Part shown: positions 22,835 to 34,451 of the stretch, piece after piece
Layout: every line of letters begins with the position of its first letter
Numbering within the stretch: position 1 is the stretch's first letter
Assembly: GCA_030043575.1 (NCBI GenBank)
Contig: JASHXK010000044.1
Location: 1 to 37,123 of the forward strand
Reading direction: 5' to 3'
DNA length: 37,123 bases
From: Terriglobales bacterium
GTDB lineage: Bacteria; Acidobacteriota; Terriglobia; Terriglobales; Acidobacteriaceae
The notes under the pieces: generated by a model
What the model was told of the DNA's origin: nothing
What the model saw: the letters and a program-made list of their open reading frames with translations, nothing else
Database searches by the model: none
Program-made: the position numbers and the translations under genes

Positions 22835-24061
22835 ATGAGCAGCACTGCGCCAGCCACCACCGCGTTGGCCAAGCCTGCTCCGCCCGCGCACAGCGCCATC
22901 GCGGCGTGCTTCCTGGCCGGCGTCTGCACTTACCTGAACATGTATTGCACCCAGCCGCTGCTCCCGTACCTGCAGCGCGTCTACCATGCATCGGAAATCG
23001 ACGTGAGCCTGACGGTCAGCTCGACTATTCTTGCGGTTGCGCTGGTGGCGCCGTTCGTCGGGCTCATGGCGGAATCGATGGGGCGCAAAAGAGTGATCGT
23101 ACCCAGCCTCTATGCGCTGACCGTCCCCACAATGCTGGTCGCAACCTCGCACACGTTGAAGGAGCTGATCTTCTGGCGCTTCATGCAGGGAATCTTCGTG
23201 CCCGGCGTGGTCGCCGTCATCATCGCGTACATCTGTGAGGAGTTCGCCGGCGCCCACGTCGGCAAGGCAATGGCGGCCTATGTTTCAGGCAGCGTGCTCG
23301 GCGGCTTTCTTGGACGATACATCTCCGGCCTGGTGGCGCAGCATTTCCGCTGGGAGCACGCGTTCATCGTCATCGGCTTTATCAATCTGGCGGGTGCGGT
23401 CATCGTGCAACGAACGCTGCCCGAGCCACAGCACTTCGTGCGCTCCACCAGCGTTCGCCGCTCTGTGATCGAGATGCTGCACCACCTGCACAACCCGCGT
23501 CTGCTAGCCGTTTACGGAATGGCGTTCGCCGTACTTTTCTCTCTGGTCGGCGCGTTCACCTACACGAACTTCCATCTCGCCCGGCCGCCCTACCATTTGA
23601 ACTCGGAGCAGCTGGGTACCGTGTTCTTCGTCTATCTCTTGGGAGTCGCGATCACGCCGCTGTCGGGCAGGTTTCTCGATCATTACGGCATGCGGCGCAC
23701 GGCTTTGGTGGCATTCAGCTTCAACGTCGTCGGACTTTTGCTCACCTTGATGCGGCCTCTGCCGATTATCATCGCCGGGCTGGCATTCTTCTCCTCCGGA
23801 GTCTTCATCTTTCAGGCCGTCGGCACGGTGCAAACCGGCGTCGTGGCGGGTCGTGCGCGGTCCTCCGCCGCGGGGCTATACGTGACGTTCTATTACATTG
23901 GTGGAAGTCTCGGTGCGATCGTCACCGGCTGGGCGTGGAAGGCAGACGCTTGGCGTGGATGCGTCATGCTGCTGCTCTGCGTGGGAACAGTCGCACTGGG
24001 ATTGGGCTTCGAGAGCAGCCGGAAGACGGGCGTCAGCCCTCAGCCGTCAGTAGTTAGCTAG
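22835..24061 (+). CDS. MFS transporter
   Basis: A 408-aa protein with about 12 TM helices and MFS motif A-like GLMAESMGRKRV between TM2 and TM3. Confidence 0.8.
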   Translation: MSSTAPATTALAKPAPPAHSAIAACFLAGVCTYLNMYCTQPLLPYLQRVYHASEIDVSLTVSSTILAVALVAPFVGLMAESMGRKRVIVPSLYALTVPTMLVATSHTLKELIFWRFMQGIFVPGVVAVIIAYICEEFAGAHVGKAMAAYVSGSVLGGFLGRYISGLVAQHFRWEHAFIVIGFINLAGAVIVQRTLPEPQHFVRSTSVRRSVIEMLHHLHNPRLLAVYGMAFAVLFSLVGAFTYTNFHLARPPYHLNSEQLGTVFFVYLLGVAITPLSGRFLDHYGMRRTALVAFSFNVVGLLLTLMRPLPIIIAGLAFFSSGVFIFQAVGTVQTGVVAGRARSSAAGLYVTFYYIGGSLGAIVTGWAWKADAWRGCVMLLLCVGTVALGLGFESSRKTGVSPQPSVVS

Positions 24062-24089
24062 AACCCCTGACGACGACTCTTGGGGGCTG

Positions 24090-25058
24090 TCACCGGGTGC
24101 GAAAATTTACTTGGACCTGAATATCCGCGGTCACCGGTTCAGTACCACACATGGCAGGCTTAAACTTCCACGTCTTGACGATCTGTTGTGTGATCACATC
24201 CATGTCGTGATACGAGCTGCCTACAAGATAAACATCGCTGACAGATCCGTCAGGCAAAACGGCCACCGAAACGATCGAGGTGCCGTTAACGTGCATTACT
24301 CTTTCTGATGGAGGATAGATCGGATCGGGATGCGTGATTGCTTTCGGGGGGACCATCTTCGCGCACGTCCGGCGCACGGTGGAGTTTGCAGGAGGGACGA
24401 AATCGTTCGCCGCATACGATCGCTCTTCTAGCAAAGTAACAACGACCGTCAATACCGGAACGCCGTCTATGATGAGCTTGAGCTTTCTCGGGATGTTGTT
24501 ATTCAGAAAAGGCTGATAGTCACTAAACTCCCTGCGCCGGACTTCGACTGGAGTTGTCGTTTCATCGCTGAATACCTGTTTCGAGTCCGCGCTAGCGCAT
24601 ATTTCGCGCTTCCATTCCCCATGTGAGGGATTGCGCAGCTCAATGCATTCCTGGCTGCCGTGGACCTTTAGCTTCGCTTTCGCGATGTCCCATTTGTCAG
24701 ACGTTACATGCGGCACATTGAAGACTTCGTGGATTTCACGAATGGGCAAGGGAGTGTATGCCAGATTGCGTGCCGTAAATGTCTTATCTTCGTTTCGAAC
24801 GGCGATCTGATGAAAGTCAGCCAGTGTCGTCTCTTCTTGCCATAGCTCTTTCCCGGACCACTTCCAAGTGAAGTGGCCGGTTTCTGGTTTGTGGACCTGC
24901 GCCACGAAGTCTGCCTCCAGAAGAAAAGATTTGTTCGCGCTCCAAAGGCTGCCTTGGGCGTCGATGTCCTTCAGCAAATCCGCCGCGGATGTTGTCTGTG
25001 AATAACTGAGCGTAGGCAGGACAGCAATGAAAAGGGTTATGCGGAGAGCTTTCTTCAC
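24090..25058 (-). CDS. Secreted protein with a C-terminal TonB-C-like domain
   Basis: Signal peptide MKKALRITLFIAVLPTLSYSQ (GTG start). The C-terminus HPDPIYPPSERVMHVNGTSIVSVAVLPDGSVSDVYLVGSSYHDMDVITQQIVKTWKFKPAMCGTEPV matches the TonB_C pattern. The N-terminal ~200 aa are unknown. Confidence 0.55.
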   Translation of the reverse strand: MKKALRITLFIAVLPTLSYSQTTSAADLLKDIDAQGSLWSANKSFLLEADFVAQVHKPETGHFTWKWSGKELWQEETTLADFHQIAVRNEDKTFTARNLAYTPLPIREIHEVFNVPHVTSDKWDIAKAKLKVHGSQECIELRNPSHGEWKREICASADSKQVFSDETTTPVEVRRREFSDYQPFLNNNIPRKLKLIIDGVPVLTVVVTLLEERSYAANDFVPPANSTVRRTCAKMVPPKAITHPDPIYPPSERVMHVNGTSIVSVAVLPDGSVSDVYLVGSSYHDMDVITQQIVKTWKFKPAMCGTEPVTADIQVQVNFRTR

Positions 25059-25171
25059 GCGTTAAATTTACACGGATTGGTGGATCAGAACACAACTTTT
25101 CTCGTCGACGGTTCCTGACATGGGACATCCACTCGGGCAGCGCGATCCACGACGTTAGCAAGCATAAGAAA

Positions 25172-25191
25172 GGGCGGCATCACTGCCGCCC
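25172..25191 (-). terminator. Rho-independent terminator downstream of ahcY
   Basis: GGGCGGCA tcac TGCCGCCC forms a perfect 8-bp GC-rich stem. On the minus strand it is followed by TTTCTTATG. Confidence 0.7.
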
Positions 25192-25200
25192 TCTGACAAG

Positions 25201-25226
25201 TAGCCACTGATCACTGGCCACTGCTT

Positions 25227-25228
<2 letters not shown>
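25201..25228. repeat. Period-7 words TAGCCAC TGATCAC TGGCCAC TGCTTTT
   Basis: Read directly from the sequence. It lies immediately 3' of, and overlaps, the ahcY stop codon. Confidence 0.55.
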
Positions 25229-26594
<1,366 letters not shown>

Positions 26595-26601
26595 CTACGG
26601 A

Positions 26602-26685
26602 ATTGTCATCACGAGCGCTAGCGAGGGATCTGTTTTCCTTCCAATCGCGACGACAGCAGATCCCTCGCTTCGCTCGTGATGGCAA
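26602..26685. repeat. TGTCAT-headed long palindromic (MITE/REP-like) element, copy 1
   Basis: ATTGTCATCACGAGCGCTAGCGAGGGATCTG ... CAGATCCCTCGCTTCGCTCGTGATGGCAAT. The ~30-nt arms are near-perfect complements, and the element lies between ahcY and metK. Confidence 0.75.
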
Positions 26686-26723
26686 TCTTTCCGGTTCAAG
26701 CTGTAACGGCACGGAACTGACTT

Positions 26724-27914
<1,191 letters not shown>

Positions 27915-28119
27915 AGTCAAACTCCTTTATTGGTCCGCCGTGGGCGGGCGACTGAGAGCACATCAACTGGACACAGTGGTATCGCGGTAAGTTGAAACCT
28001 ACTTTGAAGAGAATAGCGATCAACCGGAAAAACTCTCAATATTTTACGGCGAAAGGGTGCTTTCTGCCAGCAAAACCGGCAAAATCGGCATTGAAGCCGT
28101 GCGCGAAAAGGCCCACCCT

Positions 28120-28866
28120 TTACGAGCCGTGTGATGGCGCCGCAGGCAGTTGTGAGGTCACCCTTCCCTGCTCATCCAGAAATTGCAAGCTGGGTGCGCC
28201 GTCAGGTTGGACCTTGATGACGATGCGATCACGCCCCTGCACATCTTTCAAGCGAAGTGCGACGGAACCGTCGTTCGCTCGTCCGAGCATAAGGCGCGTC
28301 TCGGCCTGCGGCTTGCCGGCGCGAAGCTGCTTCCACGCAGCTCCCTGCTGGTCTTTTGGGAGCTTCTCGATCCGCGCGCCCGCAGCAAGATCCTCGGTGA
28401 TCGGATAGTCAGGCTCGTCGATCACGCGCAGTTGGGAAGCTTCCTCACCGTTCCCCTGCCCGGCGTCGATGCTGAACACCTGGTCCTGCTCATATTTGTC
28501 GAAGCTGAGATGGCCGTAGCTGGTGACCTTGCCGCTTGCGTCTTTGCCGCCGCCGAAGATGAGTCCGCCATTCTCCGTGCCTTCATCATTGAAGAAGAGC
28601 ATGCCTGCCGTCTTGCGATTGGGATGCGGTGTCTCCTTGCCTTTGATGATGATTCCGGGAAACTCGGCTTTATTTGAGATGACCAGACGTAGCGTGCCAT
28701 CCGGCTCGACGACATTGATGCGCTCGACGTCGATCTCGGAGAACTTTTGCTTCTGGCGAGATTCGGCAAAGCCAGTGAGTACCACGATGGCAAATGCGAG
28801 AGTCACAACAGCGGAGTAGACAGCGAGAAAGCGGGGATTGGAGAAGAGCTTGGTCATATATGACAT
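28120..28866 (-). CDS. Membrane-anchored hypothetical protein
   Basis: A 248-aa protein with a single N-terminal TM segment (FLAVYSAVVTLAFAIVVLTGF). It has beta-rich repeats of the type VERINVVEPDGTLRLVI / IVIKVQPDGAPSLQFLDEQGRV. No family recognised. It is on the same strand as metK and ahcY. Confidence 0.7.
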   Translation of the reverse strand: MSYMTKLFSNPRFLAVYSAVVTLAFAIVVLTGFAESRQKQKFSEIDVERINVVEPDGTLRLVISNKAEFPGIIIKGKETPHPNRKTAGMLFFNDEGTENGGLIFGGGKDASGKVTSYGHLSFDKYEQDQVFSIDAGQGNGEEASQLRVIDEPDYPITEDLAAGARIEKLPKDQQGAAWKQLRAGKPQAETRLMLGRANDGSVALRLKDVQGRDRIVIKVQPDGAPSLQFLDEQGRVTSQLPAAPSHGS

Positions 28867-28885
28867 GCTACCGGAAGTGGCCGGC

Positions 28886-29070
28886 TGTCATTCCGCGAAC
28901 GCCGCTCAGTCAAGATTGTCATGACCAACGTGCGCCTCTTAGCCGAGGATTGTCATCACGACGACGGCTTAAGCCGGAGGAGGGATCTGCTTTTCGTTCG
29001 CGGCAGCCAACCGCTTCGCGCGCAAAGCAGATCCCTCGCGCCAAAACCAGGCGCTCGTGATGACAATCTT
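28886..29070. repeat. TGTCAT-headed palindromic element, copy 2, preceded by two extra degenerate heads
   Basis: The core at 28949-29067 is ATTGTCATCACGACGACGG...GGAGGGATCTGC ... GCAGATCCCTCGCG...GCGCTCGTGATGACAAT. Extra heads are CTGTCATTCCGCGAAC (28886) and AGATTGTCATGACC (28913). The right end ATGACAATCTT mirrors AAGATTGTCAT. Confidence 0.75.
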
Positions 29071-29071
29071 G

Positions 29072-29911
29072 TTATTTCAGCGCTGTATCGATTGCGATCA
29101 ATTGGTCGAGCACTTCCGGCAGGAGTTTCAGGTCGAGCGCATTCGCGCCGTCGGACTTCGCCTGCGCGGGGTTGTCGTGGACTTCCAGGAAAACGCCATC
29201 GACGCCGGCGGCGACCGCTGCCCGCGCCAGCAGCGGAATGAACTCAGGCTGGCCGCCGCTAGCCGCAACACCATTGCCCTCTGAGGCCGACGGCAACTGC
29301 ACCGAGTGCGTCGCGTCGAAGACCACGGGTGCAAACTGGCGCATGACGGCCAGCGAGCGCATATCGACTACCAGGTTGTTGTAACCGAAGCTGGCGCCGC
29401 GTTCGGTCAGGAACACCCGCTCGCCGCCGGCCTCGCGAACTTTTTCGACCGCGTGCCGCATGTCCCAGGGCGAGACGAATTGTCCCTTCTTAACGTTCAC
29501 CGCGGCGCCGCTCTTCCCTGCTGCGATAAGAAGATCGGTTTGCCGGCAGAGAAACGCGGGAATCTGGATCACGTCGACGGCTTCAGCAACGCGCGGAACG
29601 TCGGCGGCTTCGTGGACGTCGGTAAGTACGGGGACTTTCACTGTCTCGCGAACCTTGCGCAGGATGCTCAGGCCTTCCTCCAGCCCCGGTCCGCGAAAGC
29701 TGCGAATCGAAGTGCGATTCGCCTTGTCGTAGGAAGCTTTGAAGATGTAAGGCAGCTTCTTCTGGCGAGCGATTGCGGAGATCGCCTCGGCCATCTTGAG
29801 GGCGTGCTGTTCGCTCTCGATGACACAAGGCCCAGCGATGAGGAAGAGATCGCCTTCGCCAATCGTCACGTCGCCGATTTGGAAAGAAGACGGCATAACA
29901 GTAGCCGGCAA
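29072..29911 (-). CDS. kdsA: 3-deoxy-8-phosphooctulonate (KDO8P) synthase
   Basis: Motifs: LFLIAGPCVIESEQHALKMAE, FKASYDKANRTSIRSFRG, QIPAFLCRQTDL, FDATHSVQLP. Confidence 0.92.
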   Translation of the reverse strand: MPATVMPSSFQIGDVTIGEGDLFLIAGPCVIESEQHALKMAEAISAIARQKKLPYIFKASYDKANRTSIRSFRGPGLEEGLSILRKVRETVKVPVLTDVHEAADVPRVAEAVDVIQIPAFLCRQTDLLIAAGKSGAAVNVKKGQFVSPWDMRHAVEKVREAGGERVFLTERGASFGYNNLVVDMRSLAVMRQFAPVVFDATHSVQLPSASEGNGVAASGGQPEFIPLLARAAVAAGVDGVFLEVHDNPAQAKSDGANALDLKLLPEVLDQLIAIDTALK

Positions 29912-29955
29912 CTAACGATTAGCCGCGCGACTCGCACAGAAAATAAGGACTGATC

Positions 29956-29973
29956 GGCACGACTAGTCGTGCC
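29956..29973 (-). terminator. Perfect 18-bp palindrome GGCACGACTAGTCGTGCC between pyrG and kdsA; possible hairpin or attenuator
   Basis: Read directly from the sequence. It lies 18 nt after the pyrG stop on the minus strand. The T-run is not directly adjacent (TCCTTATTTT starts 7 nt later), so the terminator call is weak. Confidence 0.3.
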
Positions 29974-29990
29974 CGGATACAAAACGCTTG

Positions 29991-31673
29991 CTAGCCGCTG
30001 GTTGTCAGCCGCTGCTTTTCCGGCCGATGGAACATCTCCACCTCAACTTCATTACGCGAATGCTCGCGCCGGAGTTTGTTCTCATACGACGCCTTCACGA
30101 ACGCCGAGAACAGGGGATGTGGCTCGAGCGGCTTCGACTTGAACTCGGGATGGAACTGGCAGCCGAGAAAGAACGGATGGCCGGGAATCTCCACAATCTC
30201 GACGTACGTCCCGTCCGGCGTCGCACCGCTCAATCGCAGTCCGCCGGCGACCAATGCGGTTTCGTATTCGCGATTGAACTCATAGCGATGGCGATGGCGT
30301 TCGCTAATCTCAGTTTGACCGTACGCCTGCTGCGCCAGCGATCCCGCTTCCAGCTTGCACGTCCATGCCCCCAACCGCATCGTTCCGCCTAACTCCTCCA
30401 CACCGCGCAACTCGCGCAACTTGTAAATAACGCGGTGCGGGGTCGCGGGATCGAACTCGCTCGAGTTCGCTTGCTCCAGTCCGCAGACATTGCGCGCAAA
30501 TTCGATGCACGCCGTTTGCATGCCCAGGCAAATCCCAAAGTACGGGACCATGTTCTCGCGCGCGTACTGAATCCCTTGCAGCATGCCTTCGATGCCGCGC
30601 TTGCCGAAACCACCCGGCACCAGAATTCCGTCGACATGCTCCAGCTGCGCCTGCACGCTCTGATCTTTTTGCTCCAGGCCTTCAGCTTCAATCCAGTTCA
30701 CGCTGAGCTTCAGGTTGTAAGCCAGCGCGCCATGCACCAACGCTTCTTTCAGTGATTTGTAGGAGTCTTCGTACTCCACGTATTTGCCGACAATGCCGAT
30801 TGTGACTTCATCCTTCGGGTTGTAGACGCGATGGACCAGCTCTTCCCAGCGGCTGAGGTCGGGCTCGCGGGTTTCCAGACGCAGATAGCGCAAAGCCAGA
30901 CGATCCACCTGTTCGTGCGCAAAGACCAAAGGTACTTCATAAATCGAAGCGACGTCTTTGGCAGTAATAACTGCTTCGTTCTCGACGTTGCAGAACAGCG
31001 CGATCTTTGACTTGATGTCCTTGGACAGGAAGCGGTCGGTGCGGCAGAGCAGAATGTCCGGCTGAATTCCGATGCTGAGCAGTTCCTTGACGGAATGCTG
31101 CGTGGGCTTGGTCTTCAGTTCACCGGCCGCAGCGATGTACGGCACCAGCGTCACATGGACGAAAAGCGTATTCTCGCGGCCCAGCTCCTGGCGCATCTGG
31201 CGAATGGCTTCGATAAACGGCAGCGATTCGATGTCGCCCACTGTACCGCCAATCTCGATGATGGCGAGATCGACCTCCTGCGCCACCTTTTTCATCGCGC
31301 CCTTGATTTCGTTGGTGACGTGAGGAATCACCTGCACGGTCTTGCCAAGATAATCGCCGCGTCGCTCCTTGGCGATGATGGTTTCGTAGATGCGGCCGGT
31401 GGTCCAGTTATTGTCGTGCGTCAGCTTGGTGTGGGTGAAGCGCTCGTAATGGCCGAGGTCGAGGTCTGTTTCGGCGCCGTCATCGGTCACGAAAACTTCG
31501 CCGTGCTGGAACGGCGACATCGTCCCCGGATCGACGTTCAGATAGGGATCGAATTTCTGCAAGGTGACCTTCAGCCCGCGGCTCTCCATCAGGCAGCCGA
31601 TGGAAGCTGCCGCCAAGCCCTTGCCGAGGGAAGACACCACACCGCCGGTCACAAAGATGTACTTTGCTGCCAT
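29991..31673 (-). CDS. pyrG: CTP synthase
   Basis: Motifs: [32 protein letters not shown], and the glutaminase domain GICLGMQ...HRHRYE. Confidence 0.97.
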   Translation of the reverse strand: MAAKYIFVTGGVVSSLGKGLAAASIGCLMESRGLKVTLQKFDPYLNVDPGTMSPFQHGEVFVTDDGAETDLDLGHYERFTHTKLTHDNNWTTGRIYETIIAKERRGDYLGKTVQVIPHVTNEIKGAMKKVAQEVDLAIIEIGGTVGDIESLPFIEAIRQMRQELGRENTLFVHVTLVPYIAAAGELKTKPTQHSVKELLSIGIQPDILLCRTDRFLSKDIKSKIALFCNVENEAVITAKDVASIYEVPLVFAHEQVDRLALRYLRLETREPDLSRWEELVHRVYNPKDEVTIGIVGKYVEYEDSYKSLKEALVHGALAYNLKLSVNWIEAEGLEQKDQSVQAQLEHVDGILVPGGFGKRGIEGMLQGIQYARENMVPYFGICLGMQTACIEFARNVCGLEQANSSEFDPATPHRVIYKLRELRGVEELGGTMRLGAWTCKLEAGSLAQQAYGQTEISERHRHRYEFNREYETALVAGGLRLSGATPDGTYVEIVEIPGHPFFLGCQFHPEFKSKPLEPHPLFSAFVKASYENKLRREHSRNEVEVEMFHRPEKQRLTTSG

Positions 31674-31808
31674 CGATTCCTCTGATTTATGGATTTGTAC
31701 CGCTGAGAAATACGCTTAAAGGGTGGCGTTTTTGGGGGTGCCTCGCCCGCCAGCTTCTTGGCGCAAACCGAGTGGAGCCCGCAGGCGTGCACGAGCAATT
31801 ATGACGGG

Positions 31809-31851
31809 AAACGCTCCCCGGAGCAAGAGGCTCTTGCTAGGGGGAGCGTTT
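31809..31851 (-). terminator. Long hairpin terminator after the PEP-CTERM gene
   Basis: AAACGCTCCCC GGAGCAAGAG g CTCTTGCTAG GGGGAGCGTTT has an 11-bp outer stem plus an ~8-bp inner stem, with T-runs on both sides, so it may act bidirectionally. Confidence 0.6.
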
Positions 31852-31894
31852 ATTCCTGGGGAGGGTTAACGACCCAGGGTGGCTAATGTAGAAA

Positions 31895-32560
31895 TCAGTG
31901 CAAAAACCGGCGTCCGAACGCGGCCAACAAGCCAGTGCCCATCAGGAGCAGCGTGCCCGGTTCAGGCGTAGTCTGCTGATCGGCGCCGGCGCCACTGCTC
32001 GTTCCAATGTACATGAATTCCTGAATCGAGTTTGGGTCCGGATCGTGCTGGTTCACTGGGGTCACAATGTATACGTCGTCCCAGTAGCTTTGCGGGAGCA
32101 GCGGCACTGCATGTTGAGCGGCGCTGATCCAGGCTTGACAAGTGCTGTCGCACGGCGCACTGGGATCAAAGATGTTCCAAACTGCGTTATTCATCTCACG
32201 CCACTGCGACATTTGCTCATCCTGAGTTTCCAGCAGAATCCAGCCGGCCTCGTTGTAGAGCATCAAGGGATATAGAGCAGTGAGTCCCGGTGTGGTGTTG
32301 AAACGAGTCAGCGATATGTTTCCGGTACCCAGGTCGGTGATGTTGGCAAACCACTCATCGCCCGGCTGTCCACCATGGACGTAGTCATCGCACATGACAT
32401 CGAGCGCGGCGATAGGACCGCCGCCGACTTGCACAATCACATAGGGGTAGCCGTTCTGCCACATACCGTCGTTCCAGGCGAGAAATTCAAATTCCACCGG
32501 TCCGGCGTAGGCATATACTGCACCACACAACACCACAGCCAGAATCAGAAGCCTGCGCAT
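31895..32560 (-). CDS. PEP-CTERM sorting-domain secreted protein
   Basis: Signal peptide MRRLLILAVVLCGAVYAYAGP. The C-terminus TTPEPGTLLLMGTGLLAAFGRRFLH has the PEP motif, a TM helix and a basic tail. Confidence 0.8.
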   Translation of the reverse strand: MRRLLILAVVLCGAVYAYAGPVEFEFLAWNDGMWQNGYPYVIVQVGGGPIAALDVMCDDYVHGGQPGDEWFANITDLGTGNISLTRFNTTPGLTALYPLMLYNEAGWILLETQDEQMSQWREMNNAVWNIFDPSAPCDSTCQAWISAAQHAVPLLPQSYWDDVYIVTPVNQHDPDPNSIQEFMYIGTSSGAGADQQTTPEPGTLLLMGTGLLAAFGRRFLH

Positions 32561-33049
32561 ATTTCCTTCCCTCCCAGGGAACAGACACTGCAGCTTTCAG
32601 CGCCTACATCACTCTCCAACCAGCGAGATTGCCGAAGAGTCGGTGAGAACCAAGGAGCTTGCGCTCGAAACAAATAACAGTAACTTGTTGCTCTTCACTC
32701 AGTTCGAACCACCCAACAGACTGGAGACACTACTGCTAACCTCTCCACACAGTCCAGTGCAATCCGACTTCCGCAAAATTTCCTTAAAATCGTGTTACTT
32801 CGCCAGTCTAAGGTGCAAGATCTTGCAGCTTTGTAGCGTAGTGTTTCCTCCTCAAATCTGTTATGTTGCGATGAGACGATAGTCGCCCTCCTGTCGAAGC
32901 CCTGAAGGAGCGTAGATGCTGTTAGCTCTTTAGTGCTCACCAACTTAGCGCGGAGAGCCCTTTCTTACCAGATACCGAGCTCTTCCTCAAGAGCTTCTCT
33001 GTTCTGCCGATGCAGTTATTGATGGAGTGCTTGCCGGAGGTTTCCCCCG

Positions 33050-33997
33050 ATGGCAGGAGCTGCGCAGATCGCCCCTCAGTTTAGCGACGTTGGAAAGCTG
33101 CAAGTCGGGAGCTGCCGGCTGCCGCTGTTGGCGGGTGCGCTCCTCTGTCTCTCGTCGGCTTGGTATTTCTCTCTTGTGATTGCTCCGTCTGGACTTGGTG
33201 CCAATGCTCCCACGGTTCGGCAGGGTCTGCTGCCGGAATGGCTCGGCTGCCGCGAAATCCTTCGCCATCGAAATCCTTACGAGCCGGAAGTAACACGACG
33301 AATTGAAGTCGCTATTTACGGAAAAACAGTTTCCGCCGGTAGCCCCGCCAATCAGCATCGTTTCGCGTATCCAGTGTTCTTCTTCTTTCTTTTCTGGCCG
33401 ATGGCTCTGCTGCCCTTCAATCTGGCGCAGTTTGTGATGCTGGTAGTCTGCGGATGGTTGTCGGTGATGTCGGTTGAGTGGTGGGCGGATCACGGACGGC
33501 GCGGCAAAGTCGACACGGTCCTCATCACGACCCTGGCTTTTGCTGCATACCCCGTGGTTGCGGGCCTGCAGCTGCGCCAACCCACCCTGATCATTGCCGC
33601 GCTACTGGCTTTCTCCGTCTCTTGCGCGCAGTCGGGCCGGCTGGCGTTGGCGGCGATCGCTGGCGCTCTGGCAGTCTGGAAGCCGCATCTGGCGGTCGCC
33701 GTCCTCCTTCCCTTATCAGTGTGGGCCATCACTTCATGGCGAACCCGAAAGGTATTCATATTTTCACTTGCCGCTTCCCTGCTGGTTTTGCTGCTTGCAT
33801 CGGAGCTGGCCGTCCCGGGCTGGCTAACTTCCTGGCTGGGTACAGTGCGCGCGTACTCGCACGGCGAGCGCCCCGCTGATGTTCACCGCCTGTGTGGAAC
33901 GCTACAGCGGGACGCAAGCCGAACCAGCGTTGCCGGAAATGCTTGCGGGCAGCAATCACCGCCGGCGCTGGAAATTACACCTGGGCTAGTTGCATAG
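33050..33997 (+). CDS. Polytopic membrane protein, GT87/DUF2029-like glycosyltransferase; possibly C-terminally truncated
   Basis: Several TM helices, with RFAYPVFFFFLFWPMALLPF and ALAVWKPHLAVAVLLP (the K-P-H loop pattern of DUF2029-type enzymes, from memory). The last ~45 aa (GERPADVHRLCGTLQRDASRTSVAGNACGQQSPP...) are non-hydrophobic and look out of character. Confidence 0.5.
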   Translation: MAGAAQIAPQFSDVGKLQVGSCRLPLLAGALLCLSSAWYFSLVIAPSGLGANAPTVRQGLLPEWLGCREILRHRNPYEPEVTRRIEVAIYGKTVSAGSPANQHRFAYPVFFFFLFWPMALLPFNLAQFVMLVVCGWLSVMSVEWWADHGRRGKVDTVLITTLAFAAYPVVAGLQLRQPTLIIAALLAFSVSCAQSGRLALAAIAGALAVWKPHLAVAVLLPLSVWAITSWRTRKVFIFSLAASLLVLLLASELAVPGWLTSWLGTVRAYSHGERPADVHRLCGTLQRDASRTSVAGNACGQQSPPALEITPGLVA

Positions 33998-34087
33998 TTT
34001 GGAATCGGGATAGGTAGCCACTTCCACCCGATTCGCTCCGAAGGCAGGCGTCCAGGCGACCGTGCCACGCCTCCGGACCGCGGCAGC

Positions 34088-34264
34088 TCAGGCCACCGCG
34101 CTGCTAAGCTTGCTGCCAACCGCACTGAACGCGTTGCTGATGTTGCTGGCCAGCGCACTCATGCCGGCAATGGCAGCTAAGGCTAAAACGGCCGCTACCA
34201 GGGCGTACTCGATCAGGTCCTGACCGGATTCGTCCCGCAGCAAATTACGAAGCGCTTGTTTCAT
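34088..34264 (-). CDS. flp: Flp/Fap-family type IVb pilin (58 aa)
   Basis: Below the track's size cut-off. Hand translation gives MKQALRNLLRDESGQDLIEYALVAAVLALAAIAGMSALASNISNAFSAVGSKLSSAVA. It has the G/xxxxEY processing motif followed by a hydrophobic helix. GGGGAGGGG lies 4 nt upstream of the ATG. Confidence 0.75.
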   Translation of the reverse strand: MKQALRNLLRDESGQDLIEYALVAAVLALAAIAGMSALASNISNAFSAVGSKLSSAVA

Positions 34265-34451
34265 TCGACCCCTCCCCTGCGAATTCGCCGGACAGAGAAT
34301 CTGTCCGTAGCTTCTTCAGCTACTTTTACTGTCAGTTGTCCTATCGGCACGGCAAGGGAGAAGCACCAGTGTGGAAGTGAGGAAAAAACGTCTTTGATAC
34401 CACTGCCAAAGCGGGAACGAAATCCGTAGATTGTTTTGGGGTGAACTTGGG

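Noticed and set aside
27915-28119. The ~200-nt leader upstream of metK, examined as a possible SAM or SAH riboswitch. The ahcY leader containing the palindromic repeat was examined for the same reason.
   Set aside because: I could not recognise the conserved cores of the SAM-I, SAM-II, SAM-SAH or SAH riboswitch classes by eye. I saw only a small hairpin (CCGCC cac GGCGG) next to the Shine-Dalgarno sequence and an AGGGTG...CACCCT pairing. A covariance-model scan (Rfam) would be the decisive test. A hit would overturn this rejection.
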